Source of the DNA: Escherichia phage vB_Eco_SLUR25
DNA: 58,998 bases
Direction: 5' to 3' (one strand)
Sequence record: LT907986.1
Both the position numbers and the translations under genes were made by a program. This document shows, piece by piece, positions 16,409-24,943 of this stretch. The notes under the pieces are model-generated. The model was not told the origin of the DNA. It did no database searches and saw only the letters and a list, made by a program, of their open reading frames with translations. Position 1 is the stretch's first letter, and each line of letters starts with the position of its first letter.

Positions 16409-18745
16409 TTATTTACTTAAGTCCTTGAAAACGCTCTCAATTGACTCATCTATATACCATCCCAATCCCCTGAAATTACGCTTCAACGCATCTTCACGCG
16501 TAACTGGAACGAGCGCACCCATATCTACAAGTTGTTTGATAGTAAGGTCTGTTGCAGTACCTGCTCCCATCCTGTGATTCTTGAATGCAGCTAGACCGTA
16601 AGTCCTGCGTGTGATAGTTGCCTTTGGAATAATACCGTCAACGCGCAGCTCCTTACGATCACATGCAATCTTACCGCCAAGATAGTCTTTGCAGACCTGA
16701 CAGATAGCCTTCACACGTGTTTCGTCATCACCGCCAATAGTACCTTTTTCCCATGCGTTGATCATAATGTCCTGACCGTGCGTAACAAAATCTACCGCCC
16801 ATTGCATGTGGTTTGGTTGCACCACAGGATTGATCCAGTTTTCCCCCACCGCTAACAGAGAAGCAAGACGCAAAGCTTTAAGGTGTGCACGGTTCCACGG
16901 CTGACGGATTGCTTCGTCTTTGGTTGCGTTGATGTGTTCATCACATAACAGGTTAAACTCCCGTTCAATCCTTTCAGCTTCAGGGCTTAACTGGACTGTG
17001 ACAGTTTGAAACTTCGCCATTGTTACTAAGGTGTGGTTAACAAGATGGCACACCATGTCCTTTAACTGCTGGGGCATTATAATCTCAGGGTTTTCATTTG
17101 CAGGAACTCGATCTCCTTCATATTGCACAATGTGGAAACGGGACAAGAAACCGTCTTCCATCATTTCACGAGTTAATGCTTCAAAGAAAGTGTCCGGTGT
17201 TGTTTCTCCCAGCACGCTGAACGCTACCCCTTCCATCGTTTTGGTATTATTAGCCTTATCAGAATATCCAATACCGCCAACAACATCCATTGCGCCAGAT
17301 TTTTGATATACATCTGTGATAGTTTGCTTTAGAGTATAGTTTGCAGTACCAGGCTGAGCTGTTGCCATACCTTTGATGGTTTTGCCAAACTCTCCGTTAA
17401 TGTTCACAAACGAACTATGATCCGCAAAACTTTTACGCAATGCAGGACCGGACGCATAGTTAGTCATGTCTACAAATTCATGAACTTGCGGTAATTGCTC
17501 CCCTACTTGCTTGCAAATATAGCTGGGTCCGGCGTGAAGCATCTCTTTACCCACACCTGAGCGAGCGATAAGCACAAAGTAACCGTTCAGCCCTGTGTTG
17601 GTGATAGTATTCCATACCTTACCGCACACACCAGACAGAAATGCTAACGATGCGGTGATTGCAATTTCTTTCACCGGACGTTGCGATGCTTTGTAGATGT
17701 ACTTCGCAAGCTCCCCAGCAAGCCCCGGCGGCCACTCAATAGCGGTTGCATCAATAGACGTACTTTCTGCAACTACTATTTGACCGGAAGGACTAACTGT
17801 GGTTACAGGCATCTCGGTTACTTGCTGCATTGTGCTGTGTGCGGCTTGCATACGGGCAGCGTAATCCCGCGCCAGCGCAGCTACGTTTTCCTGGGCAATG
17901 CGCTCACGCTCCATGCGACCTCGACACATACGCAAGCAACGGTCAATATGAACATTGTTCTTATTAGCCTTCTCACGTTTGCCCAGTGCACTATAACGGA
18001 ACAGACGGCGACATTGCTCATTACTTTCCGTGTAGAATGCATACATAGAAATGAGGGCAAGGTCTGCTTCAGACTGGGAAGGGAAACCCATTTCAACCCA
18101 TTCACCATTAAATAACCGCGCATACTTATCGCCGTTGTCTGCTTCAAGTGCACGCTGATGAATAGTTGCATCATCTTCTACCGGATCTTTTTCTACCAGT
18201 TCAATTTCATATGTCTTGCGCTGAAGATCAATTTCATTCACAAGCATAGTAAGGTAATGATCACGTTCTGCAACTGGTTTGTTGTAGACAGGATTACCAG
18301 TGCAGATAATAAAACGCTCCTGACTATAAACCTCGACACCATCACGTCGACGACCTTTACCGATGTTACCTCTTAACCACAGGTGAACACCCAAGCCTGA
18401 GCGACTCACTTCGGTGTAAGTATCGAACGCAGTCATGATCTGTTCGAAGCGGCGCAACTGTTCCGGCGTCGTGTGCTTTTTGGGATCCGGTTCATTGGTT
18501 GCATTCTTCACATCCAGGTCGATGCAGGTGAACGGGTCTTGTGCGGTAAGCACAAAGCCAATATAAGGTTTATTGAAATGAGCGGCACAACCTTTGGCAG
18601 CTTCAAACGTCATAAGCATATCCGGATCGGTAACGTCCGCCGCCATCAAACGTCCAATATCGTTATCCCATACGAGCGGTTTTTTATCCGCATCGGCGAC
18701 CGCCCATTGTGGGAAAGCTTTAATTTCAGCGGGAAACAGTTCCAT
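16409..18745 (-). CDS. DNA primase/helicase (primase-polymerase-like N-terminus, D5/DUF3987-like helicase C-terminus)
   Basis: 778 aa from ATG 18745; Walker A-like GVGKE; overall size and architecture typical of phage primase-helicases; family assignment from memory. Confidence 0.6.
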   Translation of the reverse strand: MELFPAEIKAFPQWAVADADKKPLVWDNDIGRLMAADVTDPDMLMTFEAAKGCAAHFNKPYIGFVLTAQDPFTCIDLDVKNATNEPDPKKHTTPEQLRRFEQIMTAFDTYTEVSRSGLGVHLWLRGNIGKGRRRDGVEVYSQERFIICTGNPVYNKPVAERDHYLTMLVNEIDLQRKTYEIELVEKDPVEDDATIHQRALEADNGDKYARLFNGEWVEMGFPSQSEADLALISMYAFYTESNEQCRRLFRYSALGKREKANKNNVHIDRCLRMCRGRMERERIAQENVAALARDYAARMQAAHSTMQQVTEMPVTTVSPSGQIVVAESTSIDATAIEWPPGLAGELAKYIYKASQRPVKEIAITASLAFLSGVCGKVWNTITNTGLNGYFVLIARSGVGKEMLHAGPSYICKQVGEQLPQVHEFVDMTNYASGPALRKSFADHSSFVNINGEFGKTIKGMATAQPGTANYTLKQTITDVYQKSGAMDVVGGIGYSDKANNTKTMEGVAFSVLGETTPDTFFEALTREMMEDGFLSRFHIVQYEGDRVPANENPEIIMPQQLKDMVCHLVNHTLVTMAKFQTVTVQLSPEAERIEREFNLLCDEHINATKDEAIRQPWNRAHLKALRLASLLAVGENWINPVVQPNHMQWAVDFVTHGQDIMINAWEKGTIGGDDETRVKAICQVCKDYLGGKIACDRKELRVDGIIPKATITRRTYGLAAFKNHRMGAGTATDLTIKQLVDMGALVPVTREDALKRNFRGLGWYIDESIESVFKDLSK

Positions 18746-18747
18746 TA

Positions 18748-18972
18748 TCAGCCTCGCATCATTGCAGGACCGCAAGACCGTAATGCTTCAACAAATTGTT
18801 CTGCATTACTTTTTATAGCTTTGACAGCATTTTGTGCATCCAGGTAAGATTCAAACTTGCCCAAATAAAGGATCTTACCAGCCACCATGACGTGAGCGGT
18901 ACGAGCAACGTTTCCACCAATGTAGTACCCGTTACGTTTTAAAAGTGTTAACTGTTCGTCATTAAGAGCCAT
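18748..18972 (-). CDS. hypothetical protein (possible AP2-like fold)
   Basis: ATG at 18972 (MALNDEQLTLL...) with GGAGGA upstream. Confidence 0.4.
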   Translation of the reverse strand: MALNDEQLTLLKRNGYYIGGNVARTAHVMVAGKILYLGKFESYLDAQNAVKAIKSNAEQFVEALRSCGPAMMRG

Positions 18973-19264
18973 AGATCTGTTTCCTCCGCCATTCTTCGTA
19001 TGCTGAATTATTTGCGTCATATACTTCACAAGCGTCTTTCATGCTGTCATACAGTCCAAGGAAAGTTCGCCTTGTTTCTCCGCCTACATCTACCCATGTT
19101 AATCGGGCGAGCCATTTACCAGTTTTATAATCGAAAGTAACTCCCTCACGCCCGCTCACATTTTCCCGCGGAACTCGGGGCTTTCGGCGTCCGAGTCCAC
19201 GACCTTTGAAATTACTACCCGGAACAGTCCTGCACTTACGACCCACGACCAACCTCCGGCACAA
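18962..19264 (-). CDS. AP2-domain DNA-binding protein (start TTG 19264 or GTG 19246)
   Basis: GVTFDYKTGKWLARLTWVDVGGETRRTFLGLYDSMKDACEVYD matches AP2 pattern; only non-ATG starts available; overlaps 3' end of upstream HTH gene. Confidence 0.5.
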   Translation of the reverse strand: MCRRLVVGRKCRTVPGSNFKGRGLGRRKPRVPRENVSGREGVTFDYKTGKWLARLTWVDVGGETRRTFLGLYDSMKDACEVYDANNSAYEEWRRKQIYGS

Positions 19265-19451
19265 CCCGGCCAGCGTGCAACATTAAGACAGGTTCTGCAA
19301 CTGCACGAACATAGACATACACGTTAGCAATCTTAACTTCGCCCGGCAGCTTACCGCGAAGCGAACATAATTTGCGACGACTAAGACCGAAGCGGTTTTC
19401 AATTTCTGATGTGGTTATGTATTTAAGATCAAATTCTTTTTGACAGTCCAT
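19236..19451 (-). CDS. small helix-turn-helix DNA-binding protein, first gene of leftward arm
   Basis: 71 aa; ITTSEIENRFGLSRRKLCSL is HTH-like; GGAGG RBS 5 nt before ATG at 19451. Confidence 0.5.
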   Translation of the reverse strand: MDCQKEFDLKYITTSEIENRFGLSRRKLCSLRGKLPGEVKIANVYVYVRAVAEPVLMLHAGRVVPEVGRGS

Positions 19452-20279
19452 ACCTACCTCCTAACAGCACTATACACAATCCATAGTAGGTCAGCCACAA
19501 TTATTCCACCTGAAGTTATAATGTGAGCGGATTGTTAATATATAACCACATGTGATGGAAAGTTTTGGGTAGGAATAGTTGGTGCTCCACAGTTTGCACA
19601 ATGTGACGGAAAGTTTTGTGAGTTTTGCAAAGTTTTGCGAAGTTTTGTGGTGCCACTGTTGCTAAAAACTTTAATAAAAACAATAAGTTGGTGCAGTAAG
19701 TTTTTGCGTTTTGGGGTAAAACGCATTTTTTACCCTAATACCCTAATCCCGACTGTTAGTAAAAAACGTATATAAATCAATAGGATAGATACTAAATGAA
19801 TAGTGAATGGAATGGGTAGAAATCCAAATGATGGAAGTGGAATAAATTATTCCTACTTGATGGAATAATGGAATCGGTACTCTGGAGCGCAAAAACCTAA
19901 AACTTTCAGTCAACAGACTAAAAACGGATAGAAACTAAAAGTTAATAAGTAATAGCATAAATATATATAAAATAAGGATTTATTAGTAATGTATATAGTA
20001 CCTATTGGTATTATTTGAATGTTTTTGGGTCTGCAACAAAAAGTCGCAAAACTCACAAAAAGTGAAAGATAACAATTCGTGACAAGATTGTTAATGGAAT
20101 AGGGTGTATGGATATACAGTATTATTCCAGATTCCGGAATAATTGGAATAATGGAATAAATTATTGAACTATTGTGATCGGAATGTATATCAAGCTATAA
20201 TGCGCTTAATCGCGGGATATTGGAGGAGGACTTTATTGCGCGGTTAACCGGACCAGTAGGAGGGCTGGCCCGGAGTAGT
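19452..20279. promoter_or_regulatory. 830-bp non-coding control region: phased GTTTTG repeats, TGGAATA palindromes, AT-rich core, 15-bp long-range inverted repeat (origin/early promoter region candidate)
   Basis: GTTTTG at 19561, 19612, 19621, 19631, 19642 (about 10-bp phasing); palindromes GGAATAAATTATTCC (19838..19852) and ATTCCGGAAT (20130..20139); TTTTGTGAGTTTTGC (19613..19627) inverted at 20045..20059; AT-rich 19925..20000. Confidence 0.5.
19705..19730 (+). terminator. terminator-like hairpin plus T-tract on plus strand inside control region
   Basis: GCGTTTT-GGGGT-AAAACGC followed by ATTTTTT. Confidence 0.4.
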
Positions 20280-20480
20280 TTAGAGCTGTACAGGTATGAA
20301 GTGGGCTAATGTGTCGTCGGACATGATACCCGACAATTTTTCGCTTACCCATTCGGACCAAATGCTATCCGGTTCCTGGCGGTGTACAAACCAGATTTCG
20401 GATGTGCCTTCTTTGCGCATCGGCTGCACTTCTACAAGAAACTTGTCCTGCATGAGGCGGGTGAAGCATACGCTGGTCAT
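20280..20480 (-). CDS. hypothetical protein
   Basis: 66 aa ORF; weak RBS. Confidence 0.35.
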   Translation of the reverse strand: MTSVCFTRLMQDKFLVEVQPMRKEGTSEIWFVHRQEPDSIWSEWVSEKLSGIMSDDTLAHFIPVQL

Positions 20481-20654
20481 TGGAACTGGCTTTTCGTGTT
20501 TATTGTAATAAGGAGTCAGTAATTTATTTCCGAAGTTAGCAACTTCATAAACAGTTCCTTTGCGAAGACCTCTGATGTCTGTGTAAGAGCGATAAATGTT
20601 TTCATGTTTACTCCTAGGGCTCCCGCAGAAGCCGTTGGTTGATGTGGTTATAGA

Positions 20655-21269
20655 TTATGCGTCCAGTCCGTTGTACTTGCGCCAGGCGTAGAACTGAATG
20701 GCAACCGTTGTTCCGTTGTAAGAAGGCATTGCAGCTTTCATTTCTTTCAGCTCCGGCGTGCGGCCCAGTTCGGCTAAAAGTTTGTCGCCCATTGCCCACA
20801 CTTCGGCGGTTTTTCCTTTCAGAGGCTTGCGAGCGCCATTTTTGAAATCACAGCGAGCAGCTTTTGCATCCTGTTTTGGTGCGGCAGCTTTTGGCTCTTC
20901 AATTTTGATTTCAGAAACCTGCGTGGCAGCTTTTGCATGTTTCATATCTTTCTCTTCCTCCTGCTCCAGGGCTTCGAGGCAGCTTTTGACGATTTCCGGA
21001 TTTACCATCGGGCGCAGTACCGAGACGCTGGCAGCTGGCGCGGCGGTCGGTGCCGGGACTTTCTGCTCCGGTTGTTGCGCTTTTTTATGGTCGCGCAGCA
21101 CCTGAAGCACTTCCTTCTCGACGATGTAAAAACCGATTTCGTCCTGATGGATAAGCTGTTCGTGTGCATCGCGTGCAACCTGGCCCCAGCGGGTCTTAAG
21201 GGCGCGGCGTGCATTCGTTTTCATGGTGTAACGCATTTTGTCCTGTTCGCGGTGAGTTACTTTAGACAT
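20655..21269 (-). CDS. hypothetical protein with Ala/Lys/Glu-rich middle and C-terminal domain shared with 4326..5129 product
   Basis: ATG at 21269 (MSKVTHREQ...) with AGGAG RBS; C-terminus NGARKP...W...LGRTP...TV.IQFYAWRKYNG. Confidence 0.5.
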   Translation of the reverse strand: MSKVTHREQDKMRYTMKTNARRALKTRWGQVARDAHEQLIHQDEIGFYIVEKEVLQVLRDHKKAQQPEQKVPAPTAAPAASVSVLRPMVNPEIVKSCLEALEQEEEKDMKHAKAATQVSEIKIEEPKAAAPKQDAKAARCDFKNGARKPLKGKTAEVWAMGDKLLAELGRTPELKEMKAAMPSYNGTTVAIQFYAWRKYNGLDA

Positions 21270-21342
21270 GGTATAGCTCCTTTCGTTAAAGTTAGTTTGC
21301 TTATTATTGCCTACCGTGATAGTAGGCAAGGTATAAGAAAAC

Positions 21343-21591
21343 TTATTGCACGATTGCTACGAAATCGGCGGTTGCGATATCCATGCTTGCGAAAGCAACG
21401 ATGCCATAGTCGGTGTCGTTTTCGGCGTTAAACGCTTTGAGGAACTGCTGTACTGCTGCTTTATGGTTAAGCGTTACGTCGATAGCATAGTCCCAGCTAT
21501 AGACTTTGCGCTTGCCAAAACCTTTAACTGCAATGCGTGCGCTTTTAGTGTTGGTTGGTGCCAAAAATTTGGTGACGATAGAAGTAGCCAT
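21343..21591 (-). CDS. hypothetical protein
   Basis: 82 aa ORF preceded by repeated promoter-like hairpin element. Confidence 0.45.
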   Translation of the reverse strand: MATSIVTKFLAPTNTKSARIAVKGFGKRKVYSWDYAIDVTLNHKAAVQQFLKAFNAENDTDYGIVAFASMDIATADFVAIVQ

Positions 21592-21660
21592 GATGTATAT
21601 CCTCGTTTTGTTTAAGTTGACTTATTATTGCCCGGTCCGATCAACTGGGCAAGATATAAA

Positions 21661-21828
21661 TCAACTATTTTCGCTTACATAATCCAGTGCGGCTTCGAGG
21701 AAATAGAATTCTTCCTGCTTATATAAGCTGATGGCCCACTCCAGCTGAGCGCGGGTAAGGTGGTGATATTTGTTATCGATGCAATAGCTGCGACCGAAGT
21801 ACATGATAGTGAAGTATGAGCTGGACAT
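21661..21828 (-). CDS. small hypothetical protein (55 aa)
   Basis: Manual translation MSSSYFTIMYFGRSYCIDNKYHHLTRAQLEWAISLYKQEEFYFLEAALDYVSENS with GGAGG RBS 8 nt upstream; replaces ORF-track 21675..21893 in another frame. Confidence 0.35.
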   Translation of the reverse strand: MSSSYFTIMYFGRSYCIDNKYHHLTRAQLEWAISLYKQEEFYFLEAALDYVSENS

Positions 21829-22228
21829 AACGCGCCTCCAAGTATGGTTAAGAAGTAGTACCGTGTTGCTATGGGTACATAATAGCGATGCATTGTGATA
21901 TTGAATAGGCCAAAAGTGCTATTTTAGAATCGTTTTGCATCTAGTGAAAATTATGCTTGCCCTACATGTTTAGCACCAATGCCCTAACTAATATCACACG
22001 ATCCGGTCTACGCGCTTGCACACATACATCTAAGGAGCGCCGGACCAGTTCCCACGGACTGGGAGTAGTACACCGGATCTACCAGGGGGATCCGGTTCCG
22101 CGTATGTGCAGAATCTACCAGGTAGGATCGGTACTATGTGGGCGCCGGAAATACCAGGGGCGCTCAACCGTCTCCGGTCGTCCTGTAAGCTGGTCCAAAA
22201 TATTTTTATAAAAAGATGCAAAAAGGTG

Positions 22229-22257
22229 TAGACATATGATCAATCTAACCATACTAT
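22229..22257 (+). promoter_or_regulatory. candidate sigma70-type promoter for the rightward arm
   Basis: TAGACA - 17 nt - TACTAT located about 50 nt upstream of first plus-strand gene. Confidence 0.3.
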
Positions 22258-22306
22258 ATACACATACCGCAACGGTACTACAAATTAACTTAAAGGGGTC
22301 TACATC

Positions 22307-22510
22307 ATGTCTATTCGTAACGTTATCTGTGTAATGGTTGCAAACAATAATTTCGGTTTCGTAGAAGGTGCAGAGTATAAAATGGATCTTAACACTCGTT
22401 GCATTATTAAAGGTGAAGAGGAATGGCGCGCAGTAGTAGAAGACCGCGGCGATATCTACATTTATAGTTCAGACACAATGAAAACTATTGCGGTCTTCGA
22501 ATTTAAATAA
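22307..22510 (+). CDS. hypothetical protein
   Basis: 67 aa ORF, first gene of rightward arm. Confidence 0.45.
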   Translation: MSIRNVICVMVANNNFGFVEGAEYKMDLNTRCIIKGEEEWRAVVEDRGDIYIYSSDTMKTIAVFEFK

Positions 22511-22536
22511 GATAATTAATTTACAGGAGGTGTAAA

Positions 22537-22800
22537 ATGATTCGCATTCTGGAACGTTACAAAAACGAAGCTACTGGCGCTATTGCATTCAAACGTATGT
22601 TAGTAAAACAAATCGACGGTTTATTCCGTGTTGTTAAAGAGGTTGATTACGGCAACGGCGCAGGGGTAAGCGCCACTATTGTCCCGGGCATTAAAGCGTA
22701 TAAAACTTTAAAAGGTGCCGAGAAAGCCCTGGCAGCCTGGAAACCTGCTCGCTATCAAATGTCCCGTGTTGAAGGGCTTATGCAGGAAGGTAAGATCTGA
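22537..22800 (+). CDS. hypothetical protein
   Basis: 87 aa; strong RBS AGGAGGTG. Confidence 0.5.
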   Translation: MIRILERYKNEATGAIAFKRMLVKQIDGLFRVVKEVDYGNGAGVSATIVPGIKAYKTLKGAEKALAAWKPARYQMSRVEGLMQEGKI

Positions 22801-22868
22801 GTTTGTTTATACAATGGGCATTAATACAGTGCCCATTAATAAGCTAACTAATTATAACGAGGTGTATT

Positions 22869-23054
22869 ATGTCTACGGACACTGTGAAGTCTGTAAATAA
22901 TAGCAACAGAACATTTAGAGTTATGTACTATGGCGAATATATCGGAGACGTTACAGCTCCCAGCCGCATCGCTGCAGAAGGTTTCGTCCGCGCAGAGATG
23001 CAACTTGGAATCGCCGATTTTGCAGCCATTATTGAACTGGTAGAGGTGTACTAA
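22869..23054 (+). CDS. hypothetical protein
   Basis: 61 aa; RBS GAGGTG. Confidence 0.45.
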   Translation: MSTDTVKSVNNSNRTFRVMYYGEYIGDVTAPSRIAAEGFVRAEMQLGIADFAAIIELVEVY

Positions 23055-23055
23055 T

Positions 23056-23196
23056 ATGTCACGCAAATACACGCTTACACGCGCACAGCACGCGTTATTA
23101 ATTGCAGCAATGCGCGCAGAATATGTAGTTCATGGCTGGCACAGTGCCATGATGCGCGGTAAAAGCATATATGCGGGCATACGCTCGCAAGGATAA
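23056..23196 (+). CDS. small hypothetical protein (46 aa)
   Basis: Manual translation MSRKYTLTRAQHALLIAAMRAEYVVHGWHSAMMRGKSIYAGIRSQG; ATG 2 nt after upstream stop with GAGGTG RBS. Confidence 0.3.
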   Translation: MSRKYTLTRAQHALLIAAMRAEYVVHGWHSAMMRGKSIYAGIRSQG

Positions 23197-23762
23197 CGCA
23201 CACAGCAGCACCACAGCGAGCTAAAGCTCAAAGGTAATGGTAATGCATTACCAACACACAACGAGCACGCTGTACCCCACAAAGCGGCGCTAATTTCAAC
23301 ACTCACAGGCTGTACGTTAACTCGTACGGCCTGCTCTGCTATATGCACGCGATGTATATAGCCAGCTCACGATATACATTAATATAATAACGAATGAAAT
23401 AGATTCGTCTGGAAGAATAACAGATCTTGCAGTCACAGACCGGTCCAATGAGCCGACTCATAGACCCCACCTAGGATCATCAGGGTACTAATAATCACCC
23501 GAGGGCGCCTTATCCATCCTGATAGTAAGTCCTTGCCTAAATCTCACCTGTCGCATCCCTATCCACCTACATCCATGACCCCACCTACCTTCTTTTTGAA
23601 TATATTGCGCTCATCCTTTCTAAATATATGGATTTTGGTAGTAAATTCTGAGTCGTCAACGTATAATTCGTCTTGTAGCTGCTCCATAGCTACCATCTTT
23701 AAGCGGATGCAACCAATTTCTATCAATTCACACCTGTTTTTAGAGCATCAAGGAGGTATTAT

Positions 23763-24011
23763 GTGCGACTCCAGTGCAAGCGCTGCACCAGCACCTCCAG
23801 CAATGTGGTTACAGAGGTAAATGCAATGCGATTAGGCCCATATCGCGGGTATTATGGTCGGGCAGCATGGAATGACGCTACTCAACGTTTTGAAGGCTGG
23901 ATTATCTGTCCAGAACGTGTTAAATTTCATTCCGTAAAAGAGAAAAATATCGTTCTTAATTTTCAAAAATGTGTCACTAAATATGTAGAGGAGCAAGAAG
24001 AATGCGTGTAG
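23763..24011 (+). CDS. hypothetical Cys-containing protein (start GTG 23763 or ATG 23826)
   Basis: AAGGAGG RBS ends about 7 nt before 23763; CKRC and CPER motifs. Confidence 0.4.
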   Translation: MRLQCKRCTSTSSNVVTEVNAMRLGPYRGYYGRAAWNDATQRFEGWIICPERVKFHSVKEKNIVLNFQKCVTKYVEEQEECV

Positions 24012-24292
24012 AAGAGATTGTTGAAGGTAAAGAGTATCGTTTACTGACCGATATTGGTGGTGTCGGATATACTCCGGATGATGCAGCTTGTTTTAATGTC
24101 CTTCCGCAAGGTGCTATCGTGACAGTTAACAAGGTTGTTACCGATTTATACAGCGTTCATGACGGCAGATGGCCACATGCAGTTATTGTTACCTTCGGTA
24201 AAGATGGTTATGTGGACCTTGATGGCGGAGACGACACTTACGAAGTCGCTTATACAGGTCTGGTGAGTCCCAATTTCCTGGAAGAAGTATAA
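24002..24292 (+). CDS. hypothetical protein
   Basis: 96 aa; RBS GAGGAG. Confidence 0.5.
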   Translation: MRVEEIVEGKEYRLLTDIGGVGYTPDDAACFNVLPQGAIVTVNKVVTDLYSVHDGRWPHAVIVTFGKDGYVDLDGGDDTYEVAYTGLVSPNFLEEV

Positions 24293-24343
24293 TTATCAAT
24301 CTATAATGGGCTCTACGGAGCCCTTAATTATCTGGAGATTGTT

Positions 24344-24640
24344 ATGCTGTATTTAGGAATGGACGAAACTGGACACGCGATTCCTTCCGTTAGCAAGGAG
24401 ACGCAAGTATTTACCGACTATTACGGGTCTGCTGTCCCTGTTGAGCCCTGGGCTAACTTTATCGCTGTAGACGCAGACGGTAAAGTACATTGTTATGACG
24501 CCAAACCTTCTTGCTATGAATCTGGTAAGCAATGGATGCTTGGCGTATACGGTTTGCATGTTCGCTATTGCGGCGAAGTTGACATTGAAGGTGTGGACTG
24601 GCGCGATACGTTGAAGGAGATTAAAGATGTCCGCGGCTGA
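24344..24640 (+). CDS. hypothetical protein
   Basis: 98 aa; RBS GGAG. Confidence 0.5.
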   Translation: MLYLGMDETGHAIPSVSKETQVFTDYYGSAVPVEPWANFIAVDADGKVHCYDAKPSCYESGKQWMLGVYGLHVRYCGEVDIEGVDWRDTLKEIKDVRG

Positions 24641-24716
24641 AGTTACAACATTTATAATAGCTTTTGCTGTTGCTTTATTCCTTATAGCTAAGTTAGATTT
24701 AATGATGGGATAGTTT

Positions 24717-24941
24717 ATGCGCTTACTCATGGTGTTAGGCGTTATACTTGCCGCTTTCGTTGTATTTGCAATTGTAGACTCTAAAGAAATGGAGCGGCAA
24801 AACTGCCAACGTACTGGTAACAGCCGGGATGATATTATTTGGCAATATATTTACGATGCAAAAGGTAATGTTATGTCAATGTATCCTCAGGTTATTACTG
24901 AGTATGAATATAAATGCAATGACCGTAACAGGTGGAGATAA
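24717..24941 (+). CDS. small membrane protein
   Basis: 74 aa with N-terminal hydrophobic helix LLMVLGVILAAFVVFAIV. Confidence 0.45.
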   Translation: MRLLMVLGVILAAFVVFAIVDSKEMERQNCQRTGNSRDDIIWQYIYDAKGNVMSMYPQVITEYEYKCNDRNRWR

Positions 24942-24943
24942 TA

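Noticed and set aside
19558-19650. Phased GTTTTG repeats considered as a possible CRISPR array
   Set aside because: Repeat units are only 6-9 bp with about 10-bp phasing, with no 25-40-bp repeats or unique spacers; consistent with iterons or binding sites, not CRISPR
21675-21893. 72-aa minus-strand ORF from the track
   Set aside because: Odd composition and no RBS; a different frame (21661..21828) with GGAGG RBS gives a more plausible 55-aa product
21957-22221. ORFs 21957..22211 (+) and 22030..22221 (-) in the GC-rich island
   Set aside because: No RBS, Arg/Gly/Pro-rich composition typical of random GC-rich sequence; region is treated as non-coding repeat/structured DNA
23130-23820. ORFs 23130..23348 (-) and 23533..23820 (+)
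   Set aside because: No RBS and atypical Pro/Ser/His-rich composition; the only good RBS (AAGGAGG at about 23750) serves the downstream gene
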